Assembly (NCBI GenBank): GCA_951406725.2
Contig: OX597833.1
Coordinates: 32,240,001 to 32,304,000 of the forward strand
Length of the DNA: 64,000 nt
Source: Octopus vulgaris
Lineage: Eukaryota
Reading direction: 5' to 3'
Position numbers and translations under genes: made by a program. Below the pieces are notes generated by a model. That model searched no databases, was not told where the DNA came from, and worked only from the letters and a program-made list of their open reading frames with translations. Positions 39,386-51,254 of this stretch are shown here, in pieces (positions within the stretch are counted from its first letter, which is position 1; every line of letters starts with the position of its first letter).

Positions 39386-39550
39386 TTGATGTATTTCAGA
39401 AATCGGTATTTCTTGGAACTGTATGCATACTGCGTAAAGCACTGTCTTTCTGAGGTCGTTGTTGTGTCTTGACGGACAGTAAAATTCTCCGGCACACGCA
39501 TTATCTTCAATCTACAACATCACAATATTGGATTCTGTGCGGCGCCTTCA
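39386..39550 (+). mobile_element. 3' end of Dong-like LINE (family D)
   Basis: QKSVFLGTVCILRKALSF* plus a 3' UTR homologous to 41379-41530 (minus); followed by GAT/AAT repeats. Confidence 0.7.
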
Positions 39551-39554
39551 ATAG

Positions 39555-39598
<44 letters not shown>

Positions 39599-39649
39599 AT
39601 GATGATGATGATGATGATAATAATGGTGATGATGATGATGAGGAGGATG

Positions 39650-39698
<49 letters not shown>

Positions 39699-39720
39699 TA
39701 ATAATAATAATAATAATAAT

Positions 39721-41302
39721 AAAACCAATGAAATAAAAGAATTAGACCAAAGCCAAACTTACAAATACTTAGGAATCCATGAACTAGATAAGACACAACA
39801 CACACAAATGAAAGAGAAAATAAAAAAAGAATATTATAGACGAGTTAGATCAATACTAAAAACAGAGCTCAATGCTAAAAACAAGATAATAGGTATTAAC
39901 ACTTTAGCTGTCCCAGTTATAAGTTACAGCTACAATATCCTTAACTGGACACGAAATGAACTGACCAAAATAGATAGGAAAACAAGAAAAATAATGACAG
40001 GATCTAGGATGCATCACCCAAAATCTGACATAGAAAGACTATATATACAACGTATAGAAGGTGGTAGAGGCCTTATACAGCTGGAAAACTACTATAAAAT
40101 AACCACCATAGGACTGCAAAAATATCTACTTCAGAAGGAAGGAAAACTGATACAAATAGCGGCAAAACACGAGCAAAACAAAAAACTGTTCTCAGTATTT
40201 AAGGAAGCTGACAAATACAAACAAGAAATCATACCACCTAATAAATATGAAGAAGAAGAAGAAGAAGAAGAAGAAGAAGAAGAAGAAGAAGAAGAAGAAG
40301 AAGAAGAAGAAGAAGAAGAAGAAGAAGAAGAAGAAGAAGAAGAAGAAGAAGAAGAAGAAGAAGAAGATGAAGAAACAACAAAAGCTATAAAACAAATGAA
40401 ATCCAAACTAAAAATAGAACAGCAACGAACCATGATAAAACAATGGCAAGAAAAGCCCCTTCATGGTAAATACTGGACTAAACTAAACGCAAAAGAAATA
40501 GACAAAGAAAAATCCCAGCAATGGTTGAGAAGCTCGGGACTCAAAGCAGAAACAGAGGGATTTTTAATTGCAGCACAAGACCAAAGCCTCCCCACCAGAA
40601 ATTACCAAAAACATGTAATGAAAAGAAATATTACAAGTAACTGCAGAATATGTGGAGATGGATAAGAAACAATAAATCATATTATCTCTAGCTGCCCAGT
40701 CCTGGCTAAGAAGGAATATATTTACAAACATGACAGAGTTGGAACCTACATACATTGGAAGCTATGCCAACATTATGGAATAACAACAGAAAAAAGATGG
40801 TATAGGCACACACCAGAAAAGGTCACAGAAAACGAGAAAGCAACCATACTCTGGGATATGCCGATACACACAGATAGAGAAATTAAGGCCAACAGACCAG
40901 ATATAGTTGTCAGAGATCATGAAGAAAAAAATGCTTTCTAATTGATGTATCAATACCGGCAGATGATAACGTGTCTCTAAAAGAAATGGAGAAACTCTCA
41001 AAGCACAAAGATCTGGAAATAGAGGTAACTAGAATGTGGAATCTGAAAACAGAAACAATTCCTATCATAGTAGGTGCATTAGGCATGATAAAAAAATATT
41101 CAGACAAACATAACAAAAACACCAGGACTTACAAACACATATAACATACAGAAAATTGCACTACTAGGCACTGCACACATCCTACGCAGAACACTTTCCA
41201 TACAATAACCATCAGAGCATCACAACAAATCACAGCACATACCCAAGGCACACAGAGCTGCGCTCGGTAGTGAAGTGAAAGCACGCTATAAAAATAAAAC
41301 TA

Positions 41303-41305
<3 letters not shown>
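39721..41305 (+). mobile_element. R4/Dong-like LINE (family A copy 2), 5'-truncated, in (TAA)n
   Basis: Near-identical to about 2191-3682 (minus); in-frame (GAA)39; premature TAA at 40663-40665; ends TACTG+(AAT)n. Confidence 0.93.
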
Positions 41306-41378
<73 letters not shown>

Positions 41379-41935
41379 GCCGTCGCACAGCATACAATTT
41401 CGTGAGGTCGTGGATTGAAGATATTGTGTCTACCGGGGTTTGTGCTGTTTGTCAAATCACAACAAGGACCTCAGACAGACAGTACTTTAAGCAATATGCG
41501 TGCATTTCCAAATAATGCCTACGTTTGCAATACACCTAGATTGTAGGGTATTTCTAAAGTTTTCAGATGTTTTTTTCAGATTGGGTGGTATCGAACTCAG
41601 TGCTCCGATGACAATAGGGATAACCTTTACGTTTGATTGTCGTAGCTGCCCCATCTTAGGCATCTGGATTCTCAGGTCTCCATATTTATCAACCTTTTCT
41701 CTTTCATTCATGTTACGTTGATCTCCTGGTACTGCCACGTCAATTGTTAGGCTCTCTTGTTTGTCCCTCCTACAGGTTACTACATCCAGCCTTCGTTGCT
41801 CTAATACCTTGTCTGTCTGAAAGTCAAAGTCCTAGAGGATTTTTGCTTTCCCCAGTTCGTCTATTACCTTTTCCGGTGTATGTTGGTACCAAGCACCCGT
41901 AACCCCATATCCATACTTACGGCATACTAGCCAAT
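41379..41935 (-). mobile_element. Dong-like LINE 3' fragment (family D, RLE domain)
   Basis: WYQHTPEKV, DFDFQTDKVLEQRRLDVV, IDVAVPGD, EKVDKYGDL, VKVIPIVIGAL. Confidence 0.82.
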
Positions 41936-41966
41936 TCTTCTTCTTCTTCTTCTTCTTCTTCTTCTT

Positions 41967-42038
<72 letters not shown>

Positions 42039-42044
42039 TTTAAG

Positions 42045-42230
42045 ATACGCCGGGCAAAATGCTTAGCTGCATTTCATACGTCTTTACTTTCTGAGTTGAA
42101 ATTCCGCCGAGTCCACTTTGTTTTTCATCCTTTTGGGGTCAATTAAATAAGTACTAGTTCAACACTGGGGTCGATGTAATCAACTTACTCCTTCCCTGAA
42201 ATTGTTGGCCTTTTGCCAAAATTTGAAATC
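42045..42230 (+). mobile_element. tRNA-derived SINE (type A), 5' end clipped, with ATT tail
   Basis: Homologous to 20893-21090. Confidence 0.82.
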
Positions 42231-42475
42231 ATTATTATTATTATCATTATTTTACTTCTCATAGTTCATAGTCTTACTTGCTCTGGTTGATTCTGTGAGA
42301 GCGGACAGCACCTTGTTATCAGAGGTATTGCGCAAATTATAAGCCTTGGTACGTGGACGATAATTTATCGTGGAAGCCACTCAACACATAAGCACCAATC
42401 TCAAAATCCTAGCTGTCTCCAATACAGCTCTGCTCTGCCCTCATGTTAATTCCAATTTCTCCGGCATGGGACTGG

Positions 42476-42517
<42 letters not shown>

Positions 42518-42562
42518 GTCGTCGTCGTCGTCGTCATCATCATCATCATCATCGTCATTATT

Positions 42563-43074
42563 GAGCAAGAGAGCAGTGCATGCCATCAAAATGATACTGG
42601 GGCAAAATATATGAATCCAGTTTACCCATCATGGCTACCCGCCTTATAAGTGTGCACAAGTTACATGCATCATCACAACCATATGTGCGTAACATCGTGA
42701 TCTCATATCAGGCCTAACAGTACCTGACCTTGCAGGTGGGGGCCAGTTAAAATTTTCTTCAGGTCGAGTGGCCCAATCCGCTCAAAAGGTCCAGAGGTGA
42801 ATTTTCCAAACTCCAAAGAATTCCTCTTAACATAGGACTATGATGCGCCCTCAATACTTCTACTCGTGATCCGAGATGCACATATCATCAGCTACTAGAG
42901 GGACATGCTCAACTTATTAAGGTCAAACTGACAAGCAAATCTGTCGTATTGCGCCGAATATTTGCTTCAGCCCTTTTTTTTTAATACCAAGACAAAACAA
43001 TGTACATTATAACACTTCCAATCAGTTAAGATCAGAAGCTGTGAGAGCAACTGCCTGGTACTGCATCAGGGCAT
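42563..43074. mobile_element. Family N ~510-bp non-coding repeat
   Basis: Colinear with 17664-18187; ATT repeats at both ends. Confidence 0.85.
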
Positions 43075-43219
43075 CTATTATTATTATTATCACCATTATT
43101 TGAAAAACAGGCAAAAGATTTTGCAAATCATATTTGTAATATCCTATGGATTGGAAATACAACTACAGTATGGAGTTTGCGGAAACGTACATTAAAATAT
43201 TTACAAATTTCCATCCATT

Positions 43220-43305
<86 letters not shown>

Positions 43306-43320
43306 TACACACACACACAA

Positions 43321-43352
<32 letters not shown>

Positions 43353-43370
43353 ACACACAGATATATATAC

Positions 43371-43660
43371 TAGGCTTCTGTGTGGTTACCTTTCCTCAGT
43401 GTGAGAAAACCACAAGCTAGCGACGAAAGTAACCACCCAGAAACCTAGGTGTGAAAGTAAGGCTAGAGATGGGAGCGATGACATCCTTTGCAAAAACTAT
43501 ACAGACACAGACTGTGTGTCGATGGCCAGCTAGAAAAGATATTTTCCTGGGGCTAAAACAGCAGTAGCATTGTATTGTCCTCTATAAAGCTGCCACATTC
43601 TGTTGGCATATAAACATTACTATCCGGTACAGTTACTGTATATCTCTCCCTCAGGGATTT
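43371..43660 (+). mobile_element. Diverged copy of the 351-nt HHR unit with an inverted 5' fold-back
   Basis: GACACAGACTGTGTGTC..GCCAGCT..GATATTTTCCTGGGGCTA..CAGTAGCAT aligns to the reverse complement of 54878-55030; decayed HHR GCGACGA..GAAACCTAGGT at about 43420-43450, with a mirror copy at 43371-43413. Confidence 0.7.
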
Positions 43661-43689
43661 AAAACAAGTTGTTTTTCTCTATAAAATAT

Positions 43690-44047
43690 CTTTTACTTGT
43701 TTCACTCATTCGATTACGGCCATGCTGAGGCACCGCTTTGAAGGGTTTTAGTTGAACAAATCGACCCCAGGACTTTTTTAAAACCTGGTGCTTGGACATA
43801 AACACACCAATACCGGTGGTCAGGCGGCGATGAGGGACATACACAGACACAAAGGCACACACACATAGATATATACATATATATACGACGGTACCTTTCA
43901 GTTTTCGACTACGAAATCCTCTCACAAGGCTTTGGTCAGCCCGAGGTTATAGTTGAAGACACTTGCTCAAGGTACCACGCTGTGGAACTGAACCCGAAAT
44001 CATGTGGTTTGGAAGTAAACTTCTTACCACACATCCACGCCTGCGCC
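43690..44047 (-). mobile_element. tRNA-derived SINE (type B)
   Basis: Reverse complement homologous to 18340-18718. Confidence 0.82.
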
Positions 44048-44364
44048 TACGCACACGCAGTCACACACACACATACACACTCACACATACACATATGGGC
44101 GTGCATGTTTATATACATACATACATGCATATATATACCTACTTACCTATCCATCTACCTACCTACCTACCTACCTACCTACCTACCTACCTACCTACCT
44201 ACCTACCTACCTACATACCTACCTACCTACCTACCTAACTAACTAACTAACTACCTATCTACCTACTTACCTGCCTGCCTGCATGTCTGTCTACCGACAT
44301 ACCTACATATATACATACATCACACACATACGTATGTATGTATAAATGTATATTATAAATGTCA

Positions 44365-45708
44365 TAAATATTTGAAAGGGAATATTCCAAGGAAATAGTC
44401 TTTTTATAGCTCTGTTTATTTTGGCATAAAATATTTTATTATTTCCTTTACATGCTAAGGCCTAGATATACCAATGTAACTTATAATTTCCTTATGGGTG
44501 ACCTGAAGATCTAGGTTTACAATGTCAAAAAAACAGCAATAGAAATGGAATTCGGTAAAGAGAAATATTCGTATTTTATTGCTGAATGTGGTAAATCAGT
44601 CCCCACCAACCCAAAATCCGTGCATCAAAGGTCACTCTAACTCTCTTGTTTCACACAAAAAATGCTAAAAATATGTAGGCATTGAAACATATGTGAAAAC
44701 ATATGAAGGTGCTGTGTACAAAGGTAGAGCGGTCTGAGAATGTTACACTAGACTTCGAAATAAATATGGCAATCTGAACTCTCCTCATACACGACAATAT
44801 GCAACGCATTTGCAATACCAGTACTGATACCACCATCTGGAAAAGTTGACTGATCTGATGCCAGGATCTTACACGTCTTGATTCACATTAAGGCCTGTAA
44901 GATCAGCTGGAAGCTATCACAGAAATAGTGATATCGACAGGCTCTAACCAAGAAGAGATGAAGGTGATAGAAGCTTCAGATCAGTGCAGACAGCCTTCGA
45001 ATGTCGTGTACTATCTTAAGAAAGCACCAGCTGAACACCAGCAGCAAACATAATGCTGAAAAGGGGAAAGAACACCTTATAAGTCATGAGTTAGCTTCTC
45101 AAGAAGTACTGTCTTCCAAATAACATTACATGTAAACTCAAAACAGCTAGACTAACATACCTCGAAAAATGATCGGTATACTGAATGAAAAAAAGACTAT
45201 ACATGCGTGAGTTTTCCGAAGACTTATGGGTGATATTAATGTCGACATGAAGTACATCCTTGCTACACCGCATCACACTTCGAAGGCTATGCGCTAACAA
45301 TCCATGAGGAGGAGATTGCTAAAAAATACCTAATGAACAAAAGCGACAGTGAAGCTCTTTGGATACTAAAGATGTAATCGAAAAGGTCGATTATACCACA
45401 TTTTTGGTAGAAGACATCACACATAGGATTAGCAGCTGCCCAAAAATGTCATCTAGGTACTAACTCCCATTTGCGACGTGACGTTGTTACCAAAACAATA
45501 TACAATGTCATTCAGAAAAAATGACTGTCCTCGGATAAATATAGAAAATCTTCGTTATTGATCACATACATAAAAATCAACACAAGGAACATTGGTTGAA
45601 AATTATCATCAAAACTTCTACCAACTTCAAATTCAACATACTTGATGCAAGTCGAATAGACAAGAAAAGTTATGTAGCGTCATAGAGGTCAGTAGCTCGG
45701 CTGATTGA
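44365..45708 (+). mobile_element. Highly decayed Dong-like LINE (family B-like) between CATA-rich tracts
   Basis: GIFQGNSL, FLMGDLK, EFGKEK and EDITHRISSCPKMSSRY remnants. Confidence 0.72.
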
Positions 45709-45831
45709 ATACATATATGTATATATGCATGCATACATACATACATACATACATATATACATACATACATACATACATACATACATACATACATACATAC
45801 ATACATACATACACGTATACATGTATGTATG

Positions 45832-47013
45832 TCTCTTATATTATTTAATTATTATAAATCTTCCACTGAGGAGGGAGCCGGTTACCAACAAAGATACAAG
45901 GCTCCATCTTTGGGAAGTAGTTAACACAGACAAATTCACATTTGGAACTTGAGAAAAGTATTGCATATTTTTATTGTTCCACTCATGTTGCACTTGAAAT
46001 ATACGAATTAGCCGGTCGATTTCTCTTTCTGAAAATCCCAGTTTATCCAGATTCTGTTTTAAGCATTTACTAACAAAACCTAGTCCTCCAATTATTATTA
46101 TTGGTATGAATAGGAATTCATAGTCTGTATATAGAAACTGGAGGTTTCGAAGCAGTTGTCCATAGATATCCTCCTTTTCTTTGATTTCTAAAGAGATATT
46201 TATATCTACAGGGCAGCTACCTATATGATGGTATATACCTTTGCCCCTCTATTCCAAACAAAAATATCCGGCCTGTTATGTTTACATTTGACAGAATGTT
46301 TGATAGGAATATTCCACCAGTATTCTCTGAGTTGGTGTTTATGAATGTATTCCATAACAGAGGAATTTTCTGAGTTTATTTCAGGACAGTCTTTTTTGCG
46401 GATGGCATCGTAAATTTGTTTTAGCACCAGCATCGTGCCACATAAGGAATAGTACAATGACAACATTTTAGGACAGCTGCCAATCACCTGTGTGATGTCT
46501 TCCACAGAAACACGACATAAATTACACATGCGGTTGCACCTTGGGATTACAAGAGCGTCACTGTCTCTTGTTCACCAGGTACTTTGTGGCAATCTCCTGC
46601 TCCTGGATTGCAAACGCACTGCCTTCAAAGTGTGATGTGATGACGTGGTCTTGTGTCTAAGAGAGGCTGCACTTCATGTCAATACTACTGTCTTCTTCAA
46701 GCTTACGGGCATAGTCTTTTTCTTTTTGTATGCTGAGTGCTTTCCATCCAGGCTACTGTTGTTTAGCAGGTGGTACCTGAATGATACCATACGGGATTCG
46801 GAGACCGTCTGTACTGATCTCAAGGCTCTACCACGTTCATTTCTTCTTAGGTAGAGCCTGTCAACATCATTGTTTCTGTGGAAGTTCCCAGTTGTCAGGA
46901 TTTTGCGGGTTTTGATATCAATAGAGTGGATTTCCTTTACAGATCGACGAATTATCCCAAATGTTGGATCAGCACTGGTACTGCAAATGCATTGTGGGAT
47001 ATTGTTTTGTTGT
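45832..47013 (-). mobile_element. Dong-like LINE 3' part (family B-like) flanked by (CATA)n on the sense strand
   Basis: TRKILTTGNFHRNNDVDRLYL, CNLCRVSVEDITQVIGSCPK, HNRPDIFVW; 3' UTR ends GAGAC+ATACATAC. Confidence 0.85.
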
Positions 47014-48584
47014 AAGTATGTATGTAAATATGTATGTGCGTATGTATGTACGTACGTATGTATGTATGTATGTATGTATGTATGTATGTATGTATGTATG
47101 TATGTATGTATGTATGTATGTATGTATGTATGTATGTATGTATGTTTGCACAACTACTTCGAAACCTGTATTTCCTATCCCCTGATTAGAAATTCACATT
47201 TATATCAATACTAATTGGTATACTTGGTTGTGTTGACAAAAATATGTAAGAGATCATCTAGAAAAGCTATAGTTTTCAAAGAAAGTGGCCGGCGAACATG
47301 CACTTTACAATTCGTAAGTAGAACAGTAAAATAGGCAAACATTTTCTGAAATTCAATACGTAACTATTATCGTTGTTATCCAAATGCGAACGGTGAAGTC
47401 TCTGTTTCTTAGTCAGAAACCACCTCTTACCTTCTATGATAAAATTGAAGGCATATATATATACACATAGACACGTGCATTCACGTACAAACCTGCTCAT
47501 ATACACCTGTACAAACATAAATCCAGTTAGCTCTCAATTAAACATAGCTAGACAATTACCGGCTGCTTTCAGAGGAGTCCATTCTACTGCATATATTCAG
47601 GTCAGGTTTGCGATCTGGGGATGACTCCTCCCATCTTCTCACTAGTGGCCGAGACCTTGAAAAGGGGCCATGACAGCTGCACTAAACTATAAAATATGTA
47701 CATAGACACGTACATTGTGGGAATGTGTGTATGTGTGTGTGGTATGTGAATATGTCTGTGAGTTTATGCATGTGTGCGTGTGTGTAAGTATGTGTATATA
47801 TGTGTGTGTATGTGTATGTGTGTGTGTGTGTATGCGTGCGTGCGTGTGATTATGTTTGTGTGCGCGCGTGTGTGCAAATGGGTGTAAGATAAACCGGTTA
47901 GTTGCTCGTGAAGAGCGTGGGAGAAAAGTAGATTAAACAAACTACCTTTTCCTTTTGTGTCAGTTATTCTCATTATCAAGGTCAGTAGGCAACGTGACGT
48001 GGGAAGAAGAAAAAGGAGAGTAAGGCATTGGTAGTGCAGAAATGGAGGAGGGGAAGGTCAGACCTTGCGTTAAAAATTTTCAATGAATCTAGTGTCAGAA
48101 TTGTTTGCAAGATGTTTGAATTGAGATTACGCAGAGTTAGTTGGAGTTAGGAAGAAGTAAGAGAGCCTAGGGACTACAGGAAAAGTACTCTCTGCCAGCC
48201 AAAGAGCTTTCTTTTTGTGGGACGCAGCTGCAACATGAAGTACAACTTGTCCTTTTCCTGTATTTTTTCTTTTCTTTATACCTCATTGTGAATTTTGTGT
48301 GTGTGTGTCTCTGTGGGTGCATGTATATGTATATACATACATGCATGAACACACACACACATGTGTGTGTGTGTAGGTATTGGCGTCGATGTTATCAATG
48401 TCGGCCGTTATCTTAAAAGAGAAATCCAGCTTGGAGAAACGTATTTTTATGGTAATCAGATGTTTAGAAAGAAAGAATAAAAAAGAAACACAAAAAGATA
48501 AAAGTAATATAAATAAAGCCTATTGATCAAGGTTTAATTAAGTCCAAACGATTCTGAAGAAAAATGTTCATATATTATTCAACT

Positions 48585-48950
48585 AGTGGTTCCGAAACTT
48601 TTTCGGACTGCCTCCCCACCCTTTGGTTCCCATGTTACATTCCTAGTGTTCTTCGTCCACAAAACACCTCTTTTTACTGCAAATTCAAACAACTGTGTTT
48701 AATAAGTAAAGCTTAACCTAGTAAAACCATTTGTTTTACTGTTTTTAGAATCTGAAAGAATAAGTTTACAACTCACTTGTAACTATTTTTAATGGGATAG
48801 ATGTAGTTAGTGCAGAGACACCAGTTTCACAACATAAAACTGGAAGATACTAAGAAGCTGTCTTACATCTCTGTGTTCAATAATTTTTAGTCTGTTTCTT
48901 TACTTAGTAAGAAAGAAGCTGGGTGACTGCACTGTGGTCCGCACTAATAA
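48585..48950 (-). mobile_element. hAT (Charlie/Buster-like) DNA transposon end
   Basis: TIR-like TAGTGGTTCCGAAACTTTT and a minus-strand CETGVSALT remnant of the hAT dimerisation motif (YLCEtGFSaL). Confidence 0.5.
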
Positions 48951-49039
48951 ATATGATGTTGGGAATATAATAAAGTATATTTTGACTTCGTTTCACAGAG
49001 CAGGGTAGCGATCAGAAATATCCTGGTATAAATTTTTGA

Positions 49040-49690
49040 GCCTCAGCTCAATCTCATAAGAACAGCACATTGTAAAGTTTAAGAGGAAACTATACATGCA
49101 GGTTCAAAGTGCAGCCATTGGTGTCGGTGTGGCTGGAGATGTGGCCGGTCTCTTCATAACATGGTGGGACAGAAAACGTAAACAATCCTTAGCGGAACAA
49201 TCCACAACTATTTTGCTTTACTGTAAATATGTAGATGACATTAATATTCTAGTTAGGACAAACTCTGGTAACAGTATTGTAGAAACCGAGAGGAGTATCA
49301 TGGGGAGCATCCAGCATATAGCTAACTCCATCCACTAAAGTATCAAGTTAACTATAGATTACCCCACTAGGTACTCTAACAATAAACTCCCTGTCCTTGA
49401 TACTGAACTTTGGTTAGAGATTGAACAACAGAGTGCAGCTCCTCCACTTCTATAATATGAAACCCATAGTTTCGAAATATGTTGTTCACAAGAACTCAGC
49501 TTTGCCACAAAACATGAAACTTAACATACTGATAGCAGACTTGGTTAGGATAATGAACAACGTGTCCCCAATATGCAAACCCTATGAACGAAAAAAAAAA
49601 GACATGAACAAAACTTCATGCACCACATGCAATTCTCTGGATGATATCAGAAAGACAGGGTTCGGGTATACAGGAGAGCTAGAGAGAAGG
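49040..49690 (+). pseudogene. Penelope-like RT fragment of a family distinct from 51121-54480
   Basis: YMQVQSAAIGVGVAGDVAGLFITWWD, YCKYVDD, LPVLDTELW, YNMKP..SALP. Confidence 0.7.
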
Positions 49691-49996
49691 ATGGGGGAAT
49701 TTAACATTTTGAAAACATTGTTTTTTGCATATTCGGGATTTCCGACATCGAAAATAGGAATCCACTGAAAAAAATCAGAAGGGACGTATGGGGAGGGGCT
49801 ATAGACCCCTATATGAGCAAGGACTAAAATTTGACTCCCTTAGAACCTTTCCCTAGTAATGGAAATCATTCATCCCAAATTTAGTACCGCTTAATCCCGT
49901 GATTTGGCCGTGCATAGAGGAGACACACACACACACACACTCACACACACTCACAGTGAATTTTATACGGATGTGTATATATAAAATGACAAGTAA

Positions 49997-50290
49997 TCTC
50001 TATATATAAAGATGAGAATGTGTGTCTGTCTGTCTGTATGTCGGTGTGAATTCCTAAAACTTGAGAACTACACAACCAATTTCATTCAAATTTTGCACAT
50101 GCCTTACTTAGGGTCCATGTAGTGTTATAGGCAAATTTTTAAAACTTCTTGCCTAATGCGGGCCCACAGCAATATCATATCTTCACTATTTCAGTATTAC
50201 GTGTCAAAAGTGAAACAATAGTATCTCTCTATTGTAATGTCAGATACTTTCACTTTAATAGTTTCACTTTTATACGGAAACTATTAAAGT
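49997..50290 (+). mobile_element. Non-autonomous Helitron-like 5' segment
   Basis: TCTCTATATATAAAG followed by TGTGTGTCTGTCTGTCTGT and CCAATTTCATTCAAATTTTG, resembling invertebrate non-autonomous Helitron 5' ends; no 3' end found. Confidence 0.35.
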
Positions 50291-50540
50291 GAAACTATTA
50301 TCTCACATATATACAGTCATACATACATATATACATAATACATATATATAATATATATATTATGTATATAAATATATATATATATTTTAGAAAAGAAACA
50401 CCTTTTATCAATTCAACAATGAAAAATATACCATATAGAAAAAATTACATCCTATAGAAAAATTAAATATAAGATAAAAACATATACCAATGATTAAGTA
50501 ATGAGCAAAATAATATATAAAACGTATATATTTGGTAAAA

Positions 50541-50623
50541 TGACTACACGTGTTTCGTGGCTATATTTAAGAAATGCTAACAGAAAAATTGATTCAAAAT
50601 AAATATAGCCACTCTTCAGGTCA
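50541..50623 (-). ncRNA. Canonical type I hammerhead ribozyme with extended stem II
   Basis: TGAC-CTGAAGA-GTGGCTATATTTA...TAAATATAGCCAC-GAAA-CACGTG-TA-GTCA: 4-bp stem I, 13-bp stem II, palindromic stem III, GUA site. Confidence 0.88.
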
Positions 50624-50843
50624 AAGATAAAAACAATGCAATAATTAAATAAATATGCGTATATAATCTTGTAAAATACAAAATATCTCAACAAATATAT
50701 ACTGGTGCAAATAAAAATAGAATAAAGTGGTATAAATATTTATTATATCTATAGAAATAAAATTTTAACTTATATAAGAAAAGAATAACAAACTATAATA
50801 TATCATTACTAGAAAATAAAATACAAATAATTAATTATTTAAA

Positions 50844-50914
<71 letters not shown>

Positions 50915-51216
50915 CAATATACACACACACACATATATATATACATGTATGTATATGTGCATATTCATATCTATTATATCAAAGTCAATGTCTTTATGTG
51001 TGTTCGTGTGTTACTTATACATTCGAAAACTGCAGCACCGACTGTCGTTAAGGAATCCTAAGTTAACACGTCAGAGATATAATTCAAATTTTCAAATTAT
51101 ATATATATATATATATATATAACGGGAAGGTTTACAAAATAAACAAAAGACGAAGGCAGGTGGAGTACAAACAAACAATGTATTAGTATGGCGGTCAGGA
51201 ATAGAAATAGAAGAAG

Positions 51217-51254
51217 TCTTTTACGTTTCGAGCCTACGCTCTTCGACAGAAAGA
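51217..51254 (-). ncRNA. Minimal hammerhead in pLTR with non-canonical core CUGUCGA
   Basis: TCTTT-CTGTCGA-A-GAGC-GTAG-GCTC-GAAA-CGTA-AAAGA. Confidence 0.72.

Noticed and set aside
39469-39720. N-terminal extension of the 398-aa ORF
   Set aside because: It is read-through of another element's 3' UTR and GAT/AAT repeats; the LINE starts at about 39721.
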